Shown here: positions 13,061 to 25,222 of the stretch, in pieces
Layout of the letters: every line of letters starts with the position of its first letter
Numbering within the stretch: position 1 is the first letter of the stretch
From: Dicyema japonicum
Taxonomy: Eukaryota; Animalia; Dicyemida
Reading direction: 5' to 3'
DNA: 64,000 nt
Assembly: GCA_011109175.1 (NCBI GenBank)
Contig: RDEW01000003.1
Coordinates: 1,995,761 to 2,059,760, forward strand
The notes under the pieces: generated by a model
Databases searched by the model: none
The model's input: only the letters and a program-made list of their open reading frames with translations
Told to the model about the DNA's origin: nothing
Translations under genes and position numbers: made by a program

Positions 13061-14569
13061 TTTATTCAAGCGAATTATAGGAGTTAATTAAGAGGTTTAT
13101 GCGAGTCCGCCTATGCGGCCTGGACTCTTCCGACGTACCTCATCTCCATTTTCTTTTTATCTTATCGATGGATCCCATCGATCCTCTTCTCCATATTCTG
13201 GTCTAGGCTGTTACACATCCTAATTTCATCTCCAGAACGTTGTAAGTACAAAGCCAGTAAGCCCATCTCCAGTTAGTTCTCACCTTGTAGGTCCTTTCCC
13301 CAGTATGTTCTTCCACAGTGGTCCCAAGCCTTCTTGTAAGGACCGATGATGCGGTTAACAAAGTCCCGTGTAGATCCGGATACGAATGTAGGGATCAATT
13401 GGTGTGGGTACTAGGTCCAACTTGGAAAATATCCGGAGACTTTGACCCTTTGGCTACTGCGTCCCTCAAAAGGTTCCTTAGTTTTTTGTAGAATATGTCA
13501 ATTCGGCCCGTAGTATGTTTCTCCACCTTGTAATATGTTCCTTCGTCTTGTAGAATAGGTTCATTCGACTTGTAATACGTTTCTTCGCCTTAAGGAGAAT
13601 CCCATGCAGTGCAATAGGTTCCTTCGTCTTGTAATATGGCCCATGTAATGTTGATCTTCGCCTTGAGAACATGAAAGTAGCACTAGTGGCACCACCTTTT
13701 TATCTCAGTACTCTTAACCATCTTCGAAGGGCCTGGACTCTTCAAATATTACTCTTTGTTGGTGTTCTGTTAGTTAGTATATAATAAACTTATAGCCAAG
13801 TATTGCCCTCAAAATCCATGTGTTCTGAATAATGTTAGGTGATCTGTTTTTAAGTTAAAAGCAGTTGATAAATAGTTGAGAATTTATGTACCTAATCCAT
13901 ATAATCGATATTAAAATTCATTTTATATGTTTTTTTCTGATTTAATTGAGGCTTGTTACTCGGACATGCCTTACTGTCTCTACTGTTGAATCTTACTCTA
14001 AAGTGGATGGAACATGGAGCTTTAACTAATTTCAAGTCTTTAAATTATGATAACAGCATAATTTGCTCCTAAGAACGATTTATTTTCCCCCGAGTCTGAT
14101 CTATTCTAGACCTTCACCTATTCTGGTCTTTAGTTTGAGATTTATTCCACATATGTTACAATTCCGAGTACGACTACTTTTACCAGTCATAGGATGATAA
14201 AGATACTTGACCAAAAAGTCACCAACTCAACTATCGAATTGCATCCTTTCCAGCATCACATCATCGTAGGAACTATTAGTAGCAATAGAGAAATCCCTAT
14301 TGGATGCGGGCTAGATATTGGGGGTCTCCTAAATTGGATGCACCCCATGACACCTCCAGGGAGATGAAGAAGGCAAAGAGCAGATCGGAATCCTCTGAGC
14401 AATTGGTAACGAGATTGGATTCAAAAGCACAGCTGACTGCGACGATAATAACGCTACATGGTTCTCGCCACCATAGTTGAACAGCCTCACAGGAAATCAT
14501 AAATTCACAAAAACACACGTGGGTTAGTATTAAATAAATATCCAATAAGCATTCAATTGAACATTAAAA

Positions 14570-15364
14570 CTAATTAGGAACATATCTTCTGACAAAATCT
14601 CCAATATCCCTCATTTCTTCAAAACAACTAGAATGCTCCATCCCCTTATATGTCTTCATATCCACATTCTCCAATTTTAGTTTGTCCACCATCACTTCTC
14701 TTCCCATTCTAGCAAGGCTTACGTTAACCAACGGATCAGCGTCCCCATGGCAAATCAAAATGGGACTCTTACTTCCCTCACCAAGAGAAATATCGCCCTT
14801 CAAAATCTCCTTGTGTAAGGGTAGCCACGTGCTCAGCGCCAGAACCCCACCCAACGGTTTTTTGTACGTGAGACCGGTCAATAACGCCACGGCTCCACCT
14901 TGAGAGAATCCACCTATGATTATCTGTCGGCTATCAATTCCCTCAGAAATTTGTTGATCAATCAACTTGCACACTAAAGATTTATTTATTACATTTACGG
15001 TTCGCCGACGCAGAATTAATTCCAGAAACGTCCTCCCGAGCTTGAATTCCGATGTCAAACAAGTCGAACCTATTTTATCAAAATATGCACATATTACCAG
15101 CTATTCATTCTAAATCCTCCATTTAATGAGACTGGTTGAACAGGACTGAAATGTTAAGAAATATTACGCGTGGGGGCATATTATTTCAAAATATGGCAAC
15201 TTAAGCCTTCCTATTTCTTCCACCCAGCCATGTCTGAAATTATTAAACATCTATAAACCCAGTATCTCCTAATCCGTGTAGGAATATTAACTAGTCTAAT
15301 TTAACTTAAATTATACAGATGCTGTCTTTTTTGCGGTCGCCTTCACCACTGCAGCGTTGCTCAT
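14570..15364 (-). CDS. Acyl-protein thioesterase / lysophospholipase (LYPLA1/2-like), 5 introns of 22-28 nt
   Basis: Spliced MSNAAVVKATAKKTAS|LIFLHGLGDTG|HGW...CPHA|PVQPVSLNGGFRMNSW|FDL...GGFSQGG...HGDADPLV...GMEHSS has the Ser-Asp-His triad. Introns 15291-15316, 15234-15258, 15146-15167, 15070-15097, 14974-14998. Confidence 0.95.
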
Positions 15365-15422
15365 CTAAAATTTAAATCTCAGAAATTTAAAAATATTATT
15401 AATTTTAAGACTAAGTAACACT

Positions 15423-16740
15423 TTATTTAACAAACAATAAAAAAGTTATCTTTTCCATCAAATTATTATATTGTAATTCGATCAACGCCTTCACATTTAC
15501 TAGCCCACCATCATCAACACCATACTTAGCAGACAAAAAAAATTTGATAGTGCCTAGGTGGGTTGCCCGTGTTTTCTCGGTCGTTATTATGGCGTGCTTC
15601 CTAGCAGACACACTTGACCCAGGTATCAGGGTGTCGTGCATTCGCATTAGGATACGCTCACTTAGTTGGACTACTCCACACAGTCCACGGCCGAATTTAT
15701 CACGGAGTAAATATAGTCTCTCCTTATTTGCTGCCAGCACATGGACATGGTTCTCTCTGAGTACTCCACGGATCATAACATCCATCTCATCATACTCTTT
15801 GGGCTCAAACTCCACAACACCTATGTAGTAGTTTAGCAGCGAGACAGCATACTCATTTAATGCTAGGAACAAATTCCTTGCATTTAGAGACGTCTTACAC
15901 AATAACGCTGCTCTTTTACGGATGCCTTCAGTAATTTGTCGCTTTGTCTCAGGCATTATAAGGGACTTTGGAGATTCGGTAACACCCAGATACTTATATC
16001 CTTCGTGTTCCTCTAGGACTCTTACTAACTCGCTACATACTTGCGTGTTAGTCGCAGACTTTGAATAATTCAAATCTAGCATACTCTCAAAGAATTCCCT
16101 GGCACAGACCCCTATGGAGTAGAGCTCCTCGGCTGTTCGAGCATACATCTTCAGGTCATCGATAAAAAGAAGGTGATTTGTACTGAAACAAACCCCTTCA
16201 CAATGAACTGGTATTTGCTCAAACCGGTCATTGAGGCGGCGACTCAATGGCTCCAAACAGAGAACAAAGAGTAGCGGAGACATGCTATCCCCCTGAAGGA
16301 TCCCCCTCTTGAGTTTTACCTCGCCTATCCGGTGCCTATTATAGTTCAGATGAATACTCCACCTATTCATCACAGCCACTACAAAGCTGATGAACCACAC
16401 AGGCATACACAGACTGTGTAGGCACTCGACAAGGTAAGAATGATCAACTGAATCGTAAGCCTTCTTCACATCCACCCACATAGACAAAAGTGAGTTTCCA
16501 TGAGACACAGAAAGGCATTTGATCTATAAAGTTCAATAAATGACGACGAATCCATTGAGGAAGTCTTCTTGCCAGGAAATCCTGCCCAGAAACTTTGAAA
16601 CTATGGTTAAAGCAAATGGGGCAATTTTCATGTTGATGATTTGTTCGCGTGAGCCCATTCCTTATCGCAAATGTGCCAGAACGTGGTCTGAACATCAGAA
16701 AAAGATGCGAAGACTACTGAGGAAGCTCGGGGTCATCTGA
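15423..16740 (-). mobile_element. R4/Dong-like non-LTR RT (361-aa ORF), 3'-truncated
   Basis: WVDVKKAYDSVDH, RGILQGDSMSPLLFVLC, TNHLLFIDDLK, YKYLG, ERLYLLRDKFGRGL. Confidence 0.88.
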
Positions 16741-16744
16741 ATTT

Positions 16745-17425
16745 GACGGTTGTGTCAGGCTCGTTTAATTCAACGGCTTGGTCCCTATATACCAAAATTA
16801 TCGAGCCAACCATCAGTTGTGGCACTATCTCCACCAGACTTGGACTGGTTATTTGCCGGATACATAAATGCCGGTGTGGCTCCACCGTCGATTGTTATGG
16901 ACACCATGCCCTCTCTTGTCGAAGAAGTGCAGGACGATTCCCAAGACACAAGGCGATCAACGGAATTGTCAAGCGAGCCCTGGAATCTGCGGGATACCCA
17001 GCCATACTAGACCTGTTGGCCTGGACAGAGGATACGGAAAACGTCTCGACGGGATCACAATTTTCCCATTTGAAGAGGGAAACATTTGGTCTGGGACGCT
17101 ACTTGTGTCGACACGCCTTGCCCGTCCAACATTGTCGGGAGCGCGGTAGACACACTGTATGCCGCAAAAAAAACGATGAGGGCAAAGAAGAAGAAATACG
17201 AAGCGCTACGCGACCGATTCTCGTTTTATCCGATTGTGGTCAAGACAACTGGAGGAATAAGTAGAGAATCGCTTCGCTTCCTAAAGAAACTTGGACGCTC
17301 AGCTACACTAAAAAGCCACGACGCACGTGAGACCCGGTGGCTTCTCCGTTGATCTCTGTTGCAATCGTGAGAGGCAACGCAACGTCGATAATGTCGGCGG
17401 GGTCCACTTTGGATGAATGACCGTG
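16745..17425 (+). mobile_element. CRE-like retrotransposon 3' end (zinc knuckle + restriction-like endonuclease)
   Basis: CRCG....GHHALSC...RH, RLDG, VWDATCVD, K.KKY, RETRWL...SVAIVRGNA across frameshifts. Confidence 0.8.
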
Positions 17426-17427
17426 TT

Positions 17428-17740
17428 AATTTTTAATTTATTAACCCCGGATACACCGAGAGAGAAGTTAAAGTAACAAACTAATTAAGTGTATCCAGTT
17501 TCCACTTCTACAGAAACAGAGTCCATCCGGAATCAACATAAAAGGTAAGACGTCCATTACATGCAGTTGTGGAAGCCCCTCCAGTGGAGTGGGGGAGAGC
17601 AAATGATCCTTTTTCATGCCGTCCTGGCACTTGGCGTCACCTAGACAGGTGGATCACATGACGCCAATAGGAAGAGAGAGGAGGAACAGACAAGCAAGCA
17701 GAAAACTTCAACCAATTAACCACGCAGCACAAGATGGCGC
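17428..17740 (-). mobile_element. SINE-like family 2 copy A (5' head + pseudoknot + LINE-derived tail)
   Basis: About 300 bp closely similar to 53686-53990. A-box-like TGGTTAATTGG near the 5' end; ends GGGGTT plus an AT tail. Confidence 0.8.
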
Positions 17741-18401
17741 TTAATTAATTATCTTAATTATTTCCATTAATTTTAATTATAATTGTGGCATTTGGATACA
17801 ACCTAGCCAGGTCAAACGTTGAGAGGAGAGGGGTCAAGACCACTATCGACTTTTAGGTGTTATGACAATAGAAATCCCGACCTTCGTGAGAAAGTCGAGT
17901 GGGTCATTCGTCCAACATGAAAAATCGTCCAAAAAACGAGCATACAGGGAATGCGTCAGTCCCTGAGAGAATCACCGTGTATTGTTGAAGTCGATAGTGA
18001 GAAAGGCTGGGAACCTGATTAAGTCTTTCTCATAGGAAGTGACCCGATCTATCAATTTCGTTTTTGCACTTCTACTGTAGACCTGACAAATTATACTTAA
18101 CGTCTATTCAAATCACTGACATTAGATCTCCTCCTCTTATAGGAGTTAACTGCCAGCCCATCCTTATCCCCTCTCTTCACGTCGGAATGAGTCACTTCTC
18201 TCTAGCATCCAATGGGATATCCTCACAATTAGCATATTCCGTTTCCACAATTTTTTTGAAGTGGAGATGAAATCTTGTGTTTCTATCGCTGAGTACAGAT
18301 CGAAAATACTTGAAAGGTTAGTTCACAATGCAATGGATAATGAGGTTAATCCAACTCTTTGTAATACGTGTCTTGCAGGAATTCTGAATGCCTCTGTCCC
18401 A

Positions 18402-18473
18402 CTTTGAATGACACCATTCTCATTTTGAATGATACTATTTTCATTTTGATTGGCACTGTTCTCATATTGAATG
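18402..18473. repeat. 21-bp degenerate tandem repeat, about 3.5 copies
   Basis: tttgaatgacaccattctcat/tttgaatgatactattttcat/tttgattggcactgttctcat; the minus strand reads ENSANQ-NENSIIQ-NENGVIQ. Confidence 0.7.
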
Positions 18474-18972
18474 AGAAATGGCATAGTTTACGACTATCGC
18501 CAGGGATAGCTCTAGATCCTTGAGGGATAAAGATGTTTTGAGAGTGCCTGAAAAAATATAGGTGCAAATGTCATCAATTGCAGACATATTCTTCTGTGAC
18601 TTTGATTGGCAATGGGACGAGCACCAAGCTACTGCTATTTACAAGACAAAATTAGTCATGAGACGGAGCTAATAATCAAACTTACTATAGATACTTACAC
18701 GTGATTGAGTTTTTCTAAACGCCTTGCATCGAAGCAATAAGATTCTTAGAGAATAGAAAAAAGGTTTATCTTACTCCGATTCTTGTGGAGACGTCTGTGG
18801 TGCTTCACCCCAGTAGTATGGAGATGATAAAACAATCAGACTACTTGCGAAACATGTAGTGAACCCAGATAGGCTATTCTAAAGCATTGGCCCCGCGATC
18901 GTAGCTCTCAACTGCCTGTTAAAATTTTGTTCTTAAAAACTGAATATTTCCACGGCCCTCAAAAAACCGAGA

Positions 18973-19039
18973 GTACAGGAAGCAGTTAATCAATTATAAT
19001 CCGACAAATCAATACAGGAAGCAGTTAATCAATTATAAT
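18973..19039. repeat. 27-bp direct repeat upstream of the RRM gene
   Basis: tacaggaagcagttaatcaattataat occurs at 18973 and 19013. Confidence 0.85.
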
Positions 19040-19108
19040 TATATGCCAGTAGTAGACGCAATTAACGTCAATTTTGGCATATAAATGAAATACCGCTAAT
19101 TTTGGCAA

Positions 19109-20101
19109 ATGACTAATAGTACTGTTCGCATTGAAAGACTTAATAAAGTTTACGGTAGAGAAGAGGTTGTCGAAACCCTCACCAGTTTTGGTCCCCTGTC
19201 ACTTTTAGAGGTAATTCTGATTACCTTATCTGTTCAGTTGATTGAGACGAGTAATGTGTACGCTTGGGACGCTACCTTTGAGAGACAAGAAGACGCCGTA
19301 AAATGCTGTGATAGCTTGAACGGATTTGAGGAAGATAATGTCCCAATGTATCCCCCTTTGAATCATTTCTAGAAAATGCACACTTTTCTCGTTGTCAGGA
19401 AGGACAGAGGGGAGTATTCAAGTCACAGGGTTTGTTTCCTGGACTGAGAACAGGCTTAGAAGAATATTCTCCAGATTCGGTGAGATTACTCACTGTGAGG
19501 TACAACGTCTTCTAATAACGTAGATTTCTTTTAAACGTGGGAAAAGTGTGGGGTTTCTAACATTCAAAGACCCAGGCTGCGCTGATTTTGCGGTTCAGAA
19601 GATGAACCGGGAAATTATTCAATCTGGGATGCTATTTGTTAGCCACTATGACACAAAAGACGAAGAAGCCAAGAACTCTTACGGAGCCACTGCATTGTAA
19701 AGAACTTTGACAGAGATATTCCTGAAGTTGAGTTCCTCAATCTTTTTGAATCGTTTGGAGTTGACAGTTACAAAGTATGCCCGCCACCAGGTGACCTAAA
19801 AGACGAAGAAGCCAAGAACTCTTACGGAGCCACTGTCATTGTAAAGAACTTTGACAGAGATATTCCTGAAGTTGAGTTTCTCAATCTTTTTGAATCGTTT
19901 GGAGAAGTTGACAGTTACAAAGTATGCCTGGTGTTGATTTGTAGATCGAAAACGGGGATCGGTTCGATTTGGCTATGTCCAATTTAAGGATTCTGAATGT
20001 GCAAAGAAGGCTTCGGATTATCTTCACAATTCCAATATCTTGGAGCCGACAAACATGGAAAGAAGTTGATCGTGTCCATGTTAAATACAGAAGATATATA
20101 A
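19109..20101 (+). CDS. Three-RRM RNA-binding protein; 4 introns, an internal duplication and apparent indels
   Basis: Introns 19211-19237, 19348-19372, 19500-19523, 19922-19944. Motifs RIFSRFGEI, KSVGFLTF, VIVKNFD...LFESFGEV, RFGYVQF. The last exon needs +1 nt in two homopolymer runs. Confidence 0.75.
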
Positions 20102-20190
20102 TTTCTCTATTTTCAAACAATTTTACATTTTTTTGTTAAAAAATAATTTGCATATTTATGCTTTAGCTACGACTAAAAGTGCTGAGTACT

Positions 20191-20473
20191 TTGTATGCGC
20201 AGTGTAACGAGTGTCGGGGAAATGGCCCTTAGTTAGAATCTCGCTGCTGTATATTCTGGCTGAAGGTTCCACTCATCTACTATGCTTGGATTGACAAGTG
20301 ACTTTTCATCAGTGAACATCTCATTGCTGGACAAGATCGTCTACAAAGAAATCACACCCATCAAAAAGAAAAAATGAAATGAAGAGTATTTCTTGTTTCT
20401 CCTTAGCGATTAGTTATAAAAATAAAATGTCTCCTGTCTGGAGGAGCGATAGTTAATTTGGCTCTTCGTGCAG
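20191..20473 (+). mobile_element. tRNA-derived SINE family 1, diverged copy with 17-bp TSD
   Basis: TSD taaaagtgctgagtact at 20174-20190 and 20474-20490. Body aligns to 26402-26718. Confidence 0.85.
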
Positions 20474-20762
20474 TAAAAGTGCTGAGTACTCTGATGGAAC
20501 ATCTAACATTTCTTGCGGTTGTGTCGTTTATTAGTTTGTTTACTAGGAAACGTTGTGGTTAGTGATATCTTTCGGGGCGGCACATATATGATCGATGCAT
20601 ATATGATCGTTCCGACTGCCCAAATGCCTACTATGCCAAACGAAGCTTTAAATTCTATGAGATAAAAGTTTGATGGCAGAGTACGAGGATGAAAGAAAAT
20701 AGTAAAATTTTTTTATCCGACAACTAAATTTTCCGATTGTCAAGTTGTACAATTTAAAGAAA

Positions 20763-20917
20763 AGTTCCGCAGTGAGAGTCCACTGATGTGCGAGTCACTC
20801 GTCAAGCCTTTTTAGCATCATAGATGCGTGGAACCTTCCACCAGGTGAACAGCAGCGAGAATCGAACCATTAACCTATGTCACTTAAGCCCGACACCTAA
20901 CAACTATGCCACCCGAC
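20763..20917 (-). mobile_element. tRNA-derived SINE family 1, 5' half
   Basis: Reverse complement has A-box TGGCATAGTTG and B-box GGTTCGATTC, then ctcgctgctgttcacctggtggaaggttccacgcatc, identical to the 26.4 kb copy. Confidence 0.85.
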
Positions 20918-20964
20918 TTTTAAAAATAAATTAAAATTAGTATAATTAATTTTTATTAATTGTT

Positions 20965-23400
20965 TAATTTTCGTTATCTTCACTAGTAATATTTTCAGGT
21001 TCTCCCATTTGTTGATTCTCACCTATATTTTCAATCCCTGTTCAGTGAAATCTTCTAAACCAGCATTTTCAAGTTCTATTTGCCATTGATGGGAATCTTT
21101 AACACTCTCTGGTATACTGTTATTTTCTGCGCTCAATTCAGAACTATTTTTTCTTAACTTTTCAAAGACCTTTGAGGTGCCATATTGAAATTCACGGTTT
21201 AATTTCCTTTTCAATGACTTTGCAATAACGTATTCAGTATTATTAATAATCTCATCTACAGTGATTTCTTCCTGATCAAATTGAGTCATAAACTTTGAAA
21301 GTTTGAACTATTTCTCTTTCCTACCAGTAATAGTGAACTTTACAGTTTTTAGATTTTTTTTTAATTTTGTGATCAAATTGGTGGAGGATTTATTCTTTAA
21401 TAATAAAAAAAAGTTTAAAGTTCTGTGATTAATTAACGAATTACAGTGAAGAGATGCAGAAAATAATGACCGTATGATTGAATCCAAATATAACTCTGAA
21501 ATCAAGCAGAGTACTATTTGAGGGGATTTGTGGAATGAAGGAGTCGTACATCTTCGCTTGACCGCGGAATGGACCGCAACCTTCGGACGGTGGGAAACTT
21601 TAATAAATTTTTTAAAAACTTTAAAAAATTGATAAATAGTGGGATATTCTGCACAATCAAGGAAAATATCAAAAATATTATTCCGGAAATGTCCGCATCG
21701 AAAAATTTTACTTTCGAATTATTCTCCGATAAAAATTTAGCTTCCAACTGCAATTATAAAAAAACTAACAAGTCCCAAAAAAAATATGATGATCAAAAAA
21801 GGTAATGTGAAGAAGCCTATTAATGGAACGAAAAATAAAATTAGCCTAAAGTAAATTCAACGAACAACCACGAGGTCGTCTGGATTTCTACCAAGAGGAC
21901 GATTTTATCTTTAGCATTTAAAAAAAGCTTAATTCCCGTACATTTACTTAAAACATGATTATTAATACTTTAGTATAATATATAAGCAGCCCTTCCCTAA
22001 GTATCCCCCCGATTGAATCAGTATCCATCTATAAAGATTCTTTCCTACAAAGTTTTCCCAACACTTTTTGTGAGCAATCAACTTACTTTAAGTTCCAGTT
22101 CACGTTGCACAGAAAGCATCAGAATGTACAGGTAAAAATAAAGTGAGAACCACTTGATCAGTATCATTCTACAGTGTCATTTCATGTGGAATACCTTGCA
22201 AGCTTTAAGCCGAATGACACAGAAGGAGTGTAGTTTTCCATCCATTCGAATAGATCAGATATAAAATCGAAAATAACTTCAAACGTGAATATAACGATTA
22301 AGGAGATGTATTGATAAAGGTAGTTGTCCTGAAATTACTTTTAATTTACTTTATTTTTTAGCGCAAAATTATTTGCATAATACAAGGAAACGATATTTCC
22401 TGCAAAAATAACGCAGAATGCAATATTTGTTAAGACCCTCTTAGGAATCAAAAATCGTTTATTCATCATGTTTTGTTCTTTAATGGACAGGTATGAAATT
22501 AATTCCTACTATAAATTATTATTAGTTACATTTAGATTACTGCACAGTTCTCTGCGATGTTTTAGAAAGTGTTTAGAAAAAATATATCTGAAAGCATATA
22601 CGGATGCGGAGCATGCAATATTTTTTTCCTCTTCAGTTTTAAATTCTACCTTTGAACTTTCCCGATTGTACAAACTTAATATTAAATATTATTTAAATAT
22701 TATTTATTATTTATTTATTATTTATTACATTTTTAATAAATATATTATCGAAATGACGAAATTCGATAATATTATTATAATATACATCATGTGATATTGC
22801 AGATTCCACAATGCTCTAGGATAACTCCCATAAAAAAGAATGGAGTTTTCTATAAACCCCTGGAATATAAATCATCAGTACATTTCCAGTGATTAAGTCA
22901 GGAAAAGAATACGTTCCCTCAGAGAACTTTAAGTTATGTATTATTATTGGAATTGCGAATAACGGAACACAGATGGTCAACGTAATAAAATTCAAAACGA
23001 AAATAATCCGCAGGAAACTGAAGTAAATCAACGGATCACATCCAAATGAAGCTACGATAAATAATTTAATAACTGAAAATATAATGGAGTAATCTGGATG
23101 AATGGTGTTCAATTTTGTTATTCCTCGTCAATTTTAATATATCTTTATTCACATAATTCGATTTTGAGGTTTTCAAACGATTTCCGAACCTTTCGTACAA
23201 CTCATCACTACAGATTACTATTAGGATCACCGGAGTTTAATTTTATCGGATAATTTCATAAATTCCTTTTTCAGAAGGTCATCCAGTTGCGATTTTTCCA
23301 TTATTGAATCTTGGAGGGACTTCCATATTTTCTGTTTTACATTATCCAAGTTGTAGTTCTCCATTAAGATTTTTATATTCTGTATTTTATTTGTATTTAT
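20965..23400 (-). pseudogene. Transmembrane channel-like (TMC family) gene with micro-introns, several frameshifts or stops
   Basis: FG...IYFSFLR..LN, DLITGN|GFIENSILFYGSY, CWENFVGKNLYR, LVEIQTTSWLILFFVPL, FPPSEGCGPFRGQAKMYD. No continuous frame could be built; ends are approximate. Confidence 0.8.
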
Positions 23401-24554
23401 ATCAGATCAGTTAATTTTCCTGGAATTTCATCGCATAGATGACATTTTTTTGTTAAGTCAGTGATCAATTTTTGTGAATATTTGATTCTAAGTGTGATAG
23501 ATCAACTACAAATCAAAAATTGCTGCGATCACAAACACCGTTCGAGTCTATTTACGACTTCTCCAGATTCACTAGACTTAAGCATGATTGGAAATTGCAG
23601 CATGTGCGAACAGATGACGATTTTCGAATGGTACCTCGATCAAGTTCTTCGACAGACGCTTCCGGGACCGTAGGATCGACAACTCTTCGTGGAGGTGAAT
23701 CAGTTAGTTATTGGAAACTGGGGTCACTTGATAGTTATAGTTTAACAGCTTCCTTTCTTATCGTCCCAGGGATTACTCAATGATAATTAAATTAAAACGC
23801 CATGACGTAATAATTTAGCTAACTCTCCAATTCACTTCCCGACTCCTCCTCTTAAAGGAGTTTCCGCCGTCCCCTCTCTCCAGGTTGAATCAGTCATTTC
23901 TCTTACAACATTCACAATTAACACTTGCCAGTCCCCAGAGGGTGCTATCCTTGTAGTGGTGACGAAGGTACAGATCCCTTGTCCTCTTTTATAACCTTGT
24001 TATTGGTAGGGCACAAGTGACTGTTAAACAGGTGATTTTGAAACCGCGGACATGGATCCGACATGCAGAAACTGCCAAGCTTGACGGATAAGTACCGGAG
24101 TTTTCCGTTTAAATCACCAAAAATAATGAAATTGGGAGGCATTTTAAAGACAGTCTTAATCTGGTCCTCACACAACCACATCTGCTTGGCATACATTCTC
24201 TAAATTTTAAGGGAAAACTAGGTAGTCTAACATGAATTATAATTAATTCTTAATGGGGGAGGATGAGGTACCACAAAAGACTGTTGCGAGACTTTTCCTC
24301 CAAAGATACTGGTGTCCGAACCTCGGTGCAAATCACTCCATAAAAGATGTCAATCAATAAACCTGTTAAACTCAGCACCAATCGTATCCCAACACTTCAT
24401 TTCGTTGAGAATCAAAACGTCCATCTCAACAGACTTCAGAAGTTCTTCCATAGACTCCTTCCTTGGGAGAGACCTACGTTACCAAATCCTTCCTATATCA
24501 ATGAGCTCTAGTGATGTAGTAATCCCTTAGCATATTATTAGGGTGATTTTTATT

Positions 24555-24722
24555 TTGACTCTATAAATGAATTCTTGAGTCGTCTAGGGAATCGGATCGC
24601 TAGACGAACAGAAGACCCTTGTGAGCACTGCTGGTTATTTGAGCGAATCTCGCTCGCTATCCTGAGAGGGAATAGCCACGCAGTCAGGGCAGCCGCTATA
24701 TAACCGTTACTCTTTTTTCTTA
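24555..24722 (+). mobile_element. CRE-like RLE 3' fragment
   Basis: EFLSRLGNRIARRTEDPCEHCWLFERISLAILRGNSHAVRAAAI* followed by a T tail. Same subfamily as 63415-63910. Confidence 0.8.
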
Positions 24723-25222
24723 AAAAAATTGAACTTTATAAATCGGAAATTTTTGACCTAAAAAACTGAGTTTAAAATTTCAAATTTTGACTTTTTTGAC
24801 TTTATGATAAATTTATCTGCAAAAACTTTTTTTAATATAAAAAACTAATCAAAATTCGAAAAAGATGGGGGACGTTAATTAGATTGTTAACTTTTCGTGT
24901 TGCACATGCTTTGTCATGATCTTAGCATCGCGTACGTGCCTATATAATAATAATCAAAATCTTAATTAAAGTAAAGAATAATGTAATTCGAAACATTTTC
25001 GGGTTTAAAATTTCTGTCTTTTTTTAAATAAAAAAAAAGTTAGCCGCAGAAGACAATGACGACAAAATACAGTCAACCCTCTCTATAGTGAACAAAATGT
25101 CCGCGTAAAAACACGATGTTCACTAATCTTCAATAGTGAAAAAAATAGAACAAGGAATCAAAAAACAATCAACGATAATAAAGTATTTACAAATATATTT
25201 ATTTTTTTATTGAAAAAATTTA

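Noticed and set aside
23510-24530. Alternative genetic code suggested by long minus-strand frames with scattered TAA/TGA
   Set aside because: Intact conserved genes (SRP54, septin, ARPC1, PHD-SAM) terminate at TAA and have no internal stops after splicing, so decay is the simpler explanation.
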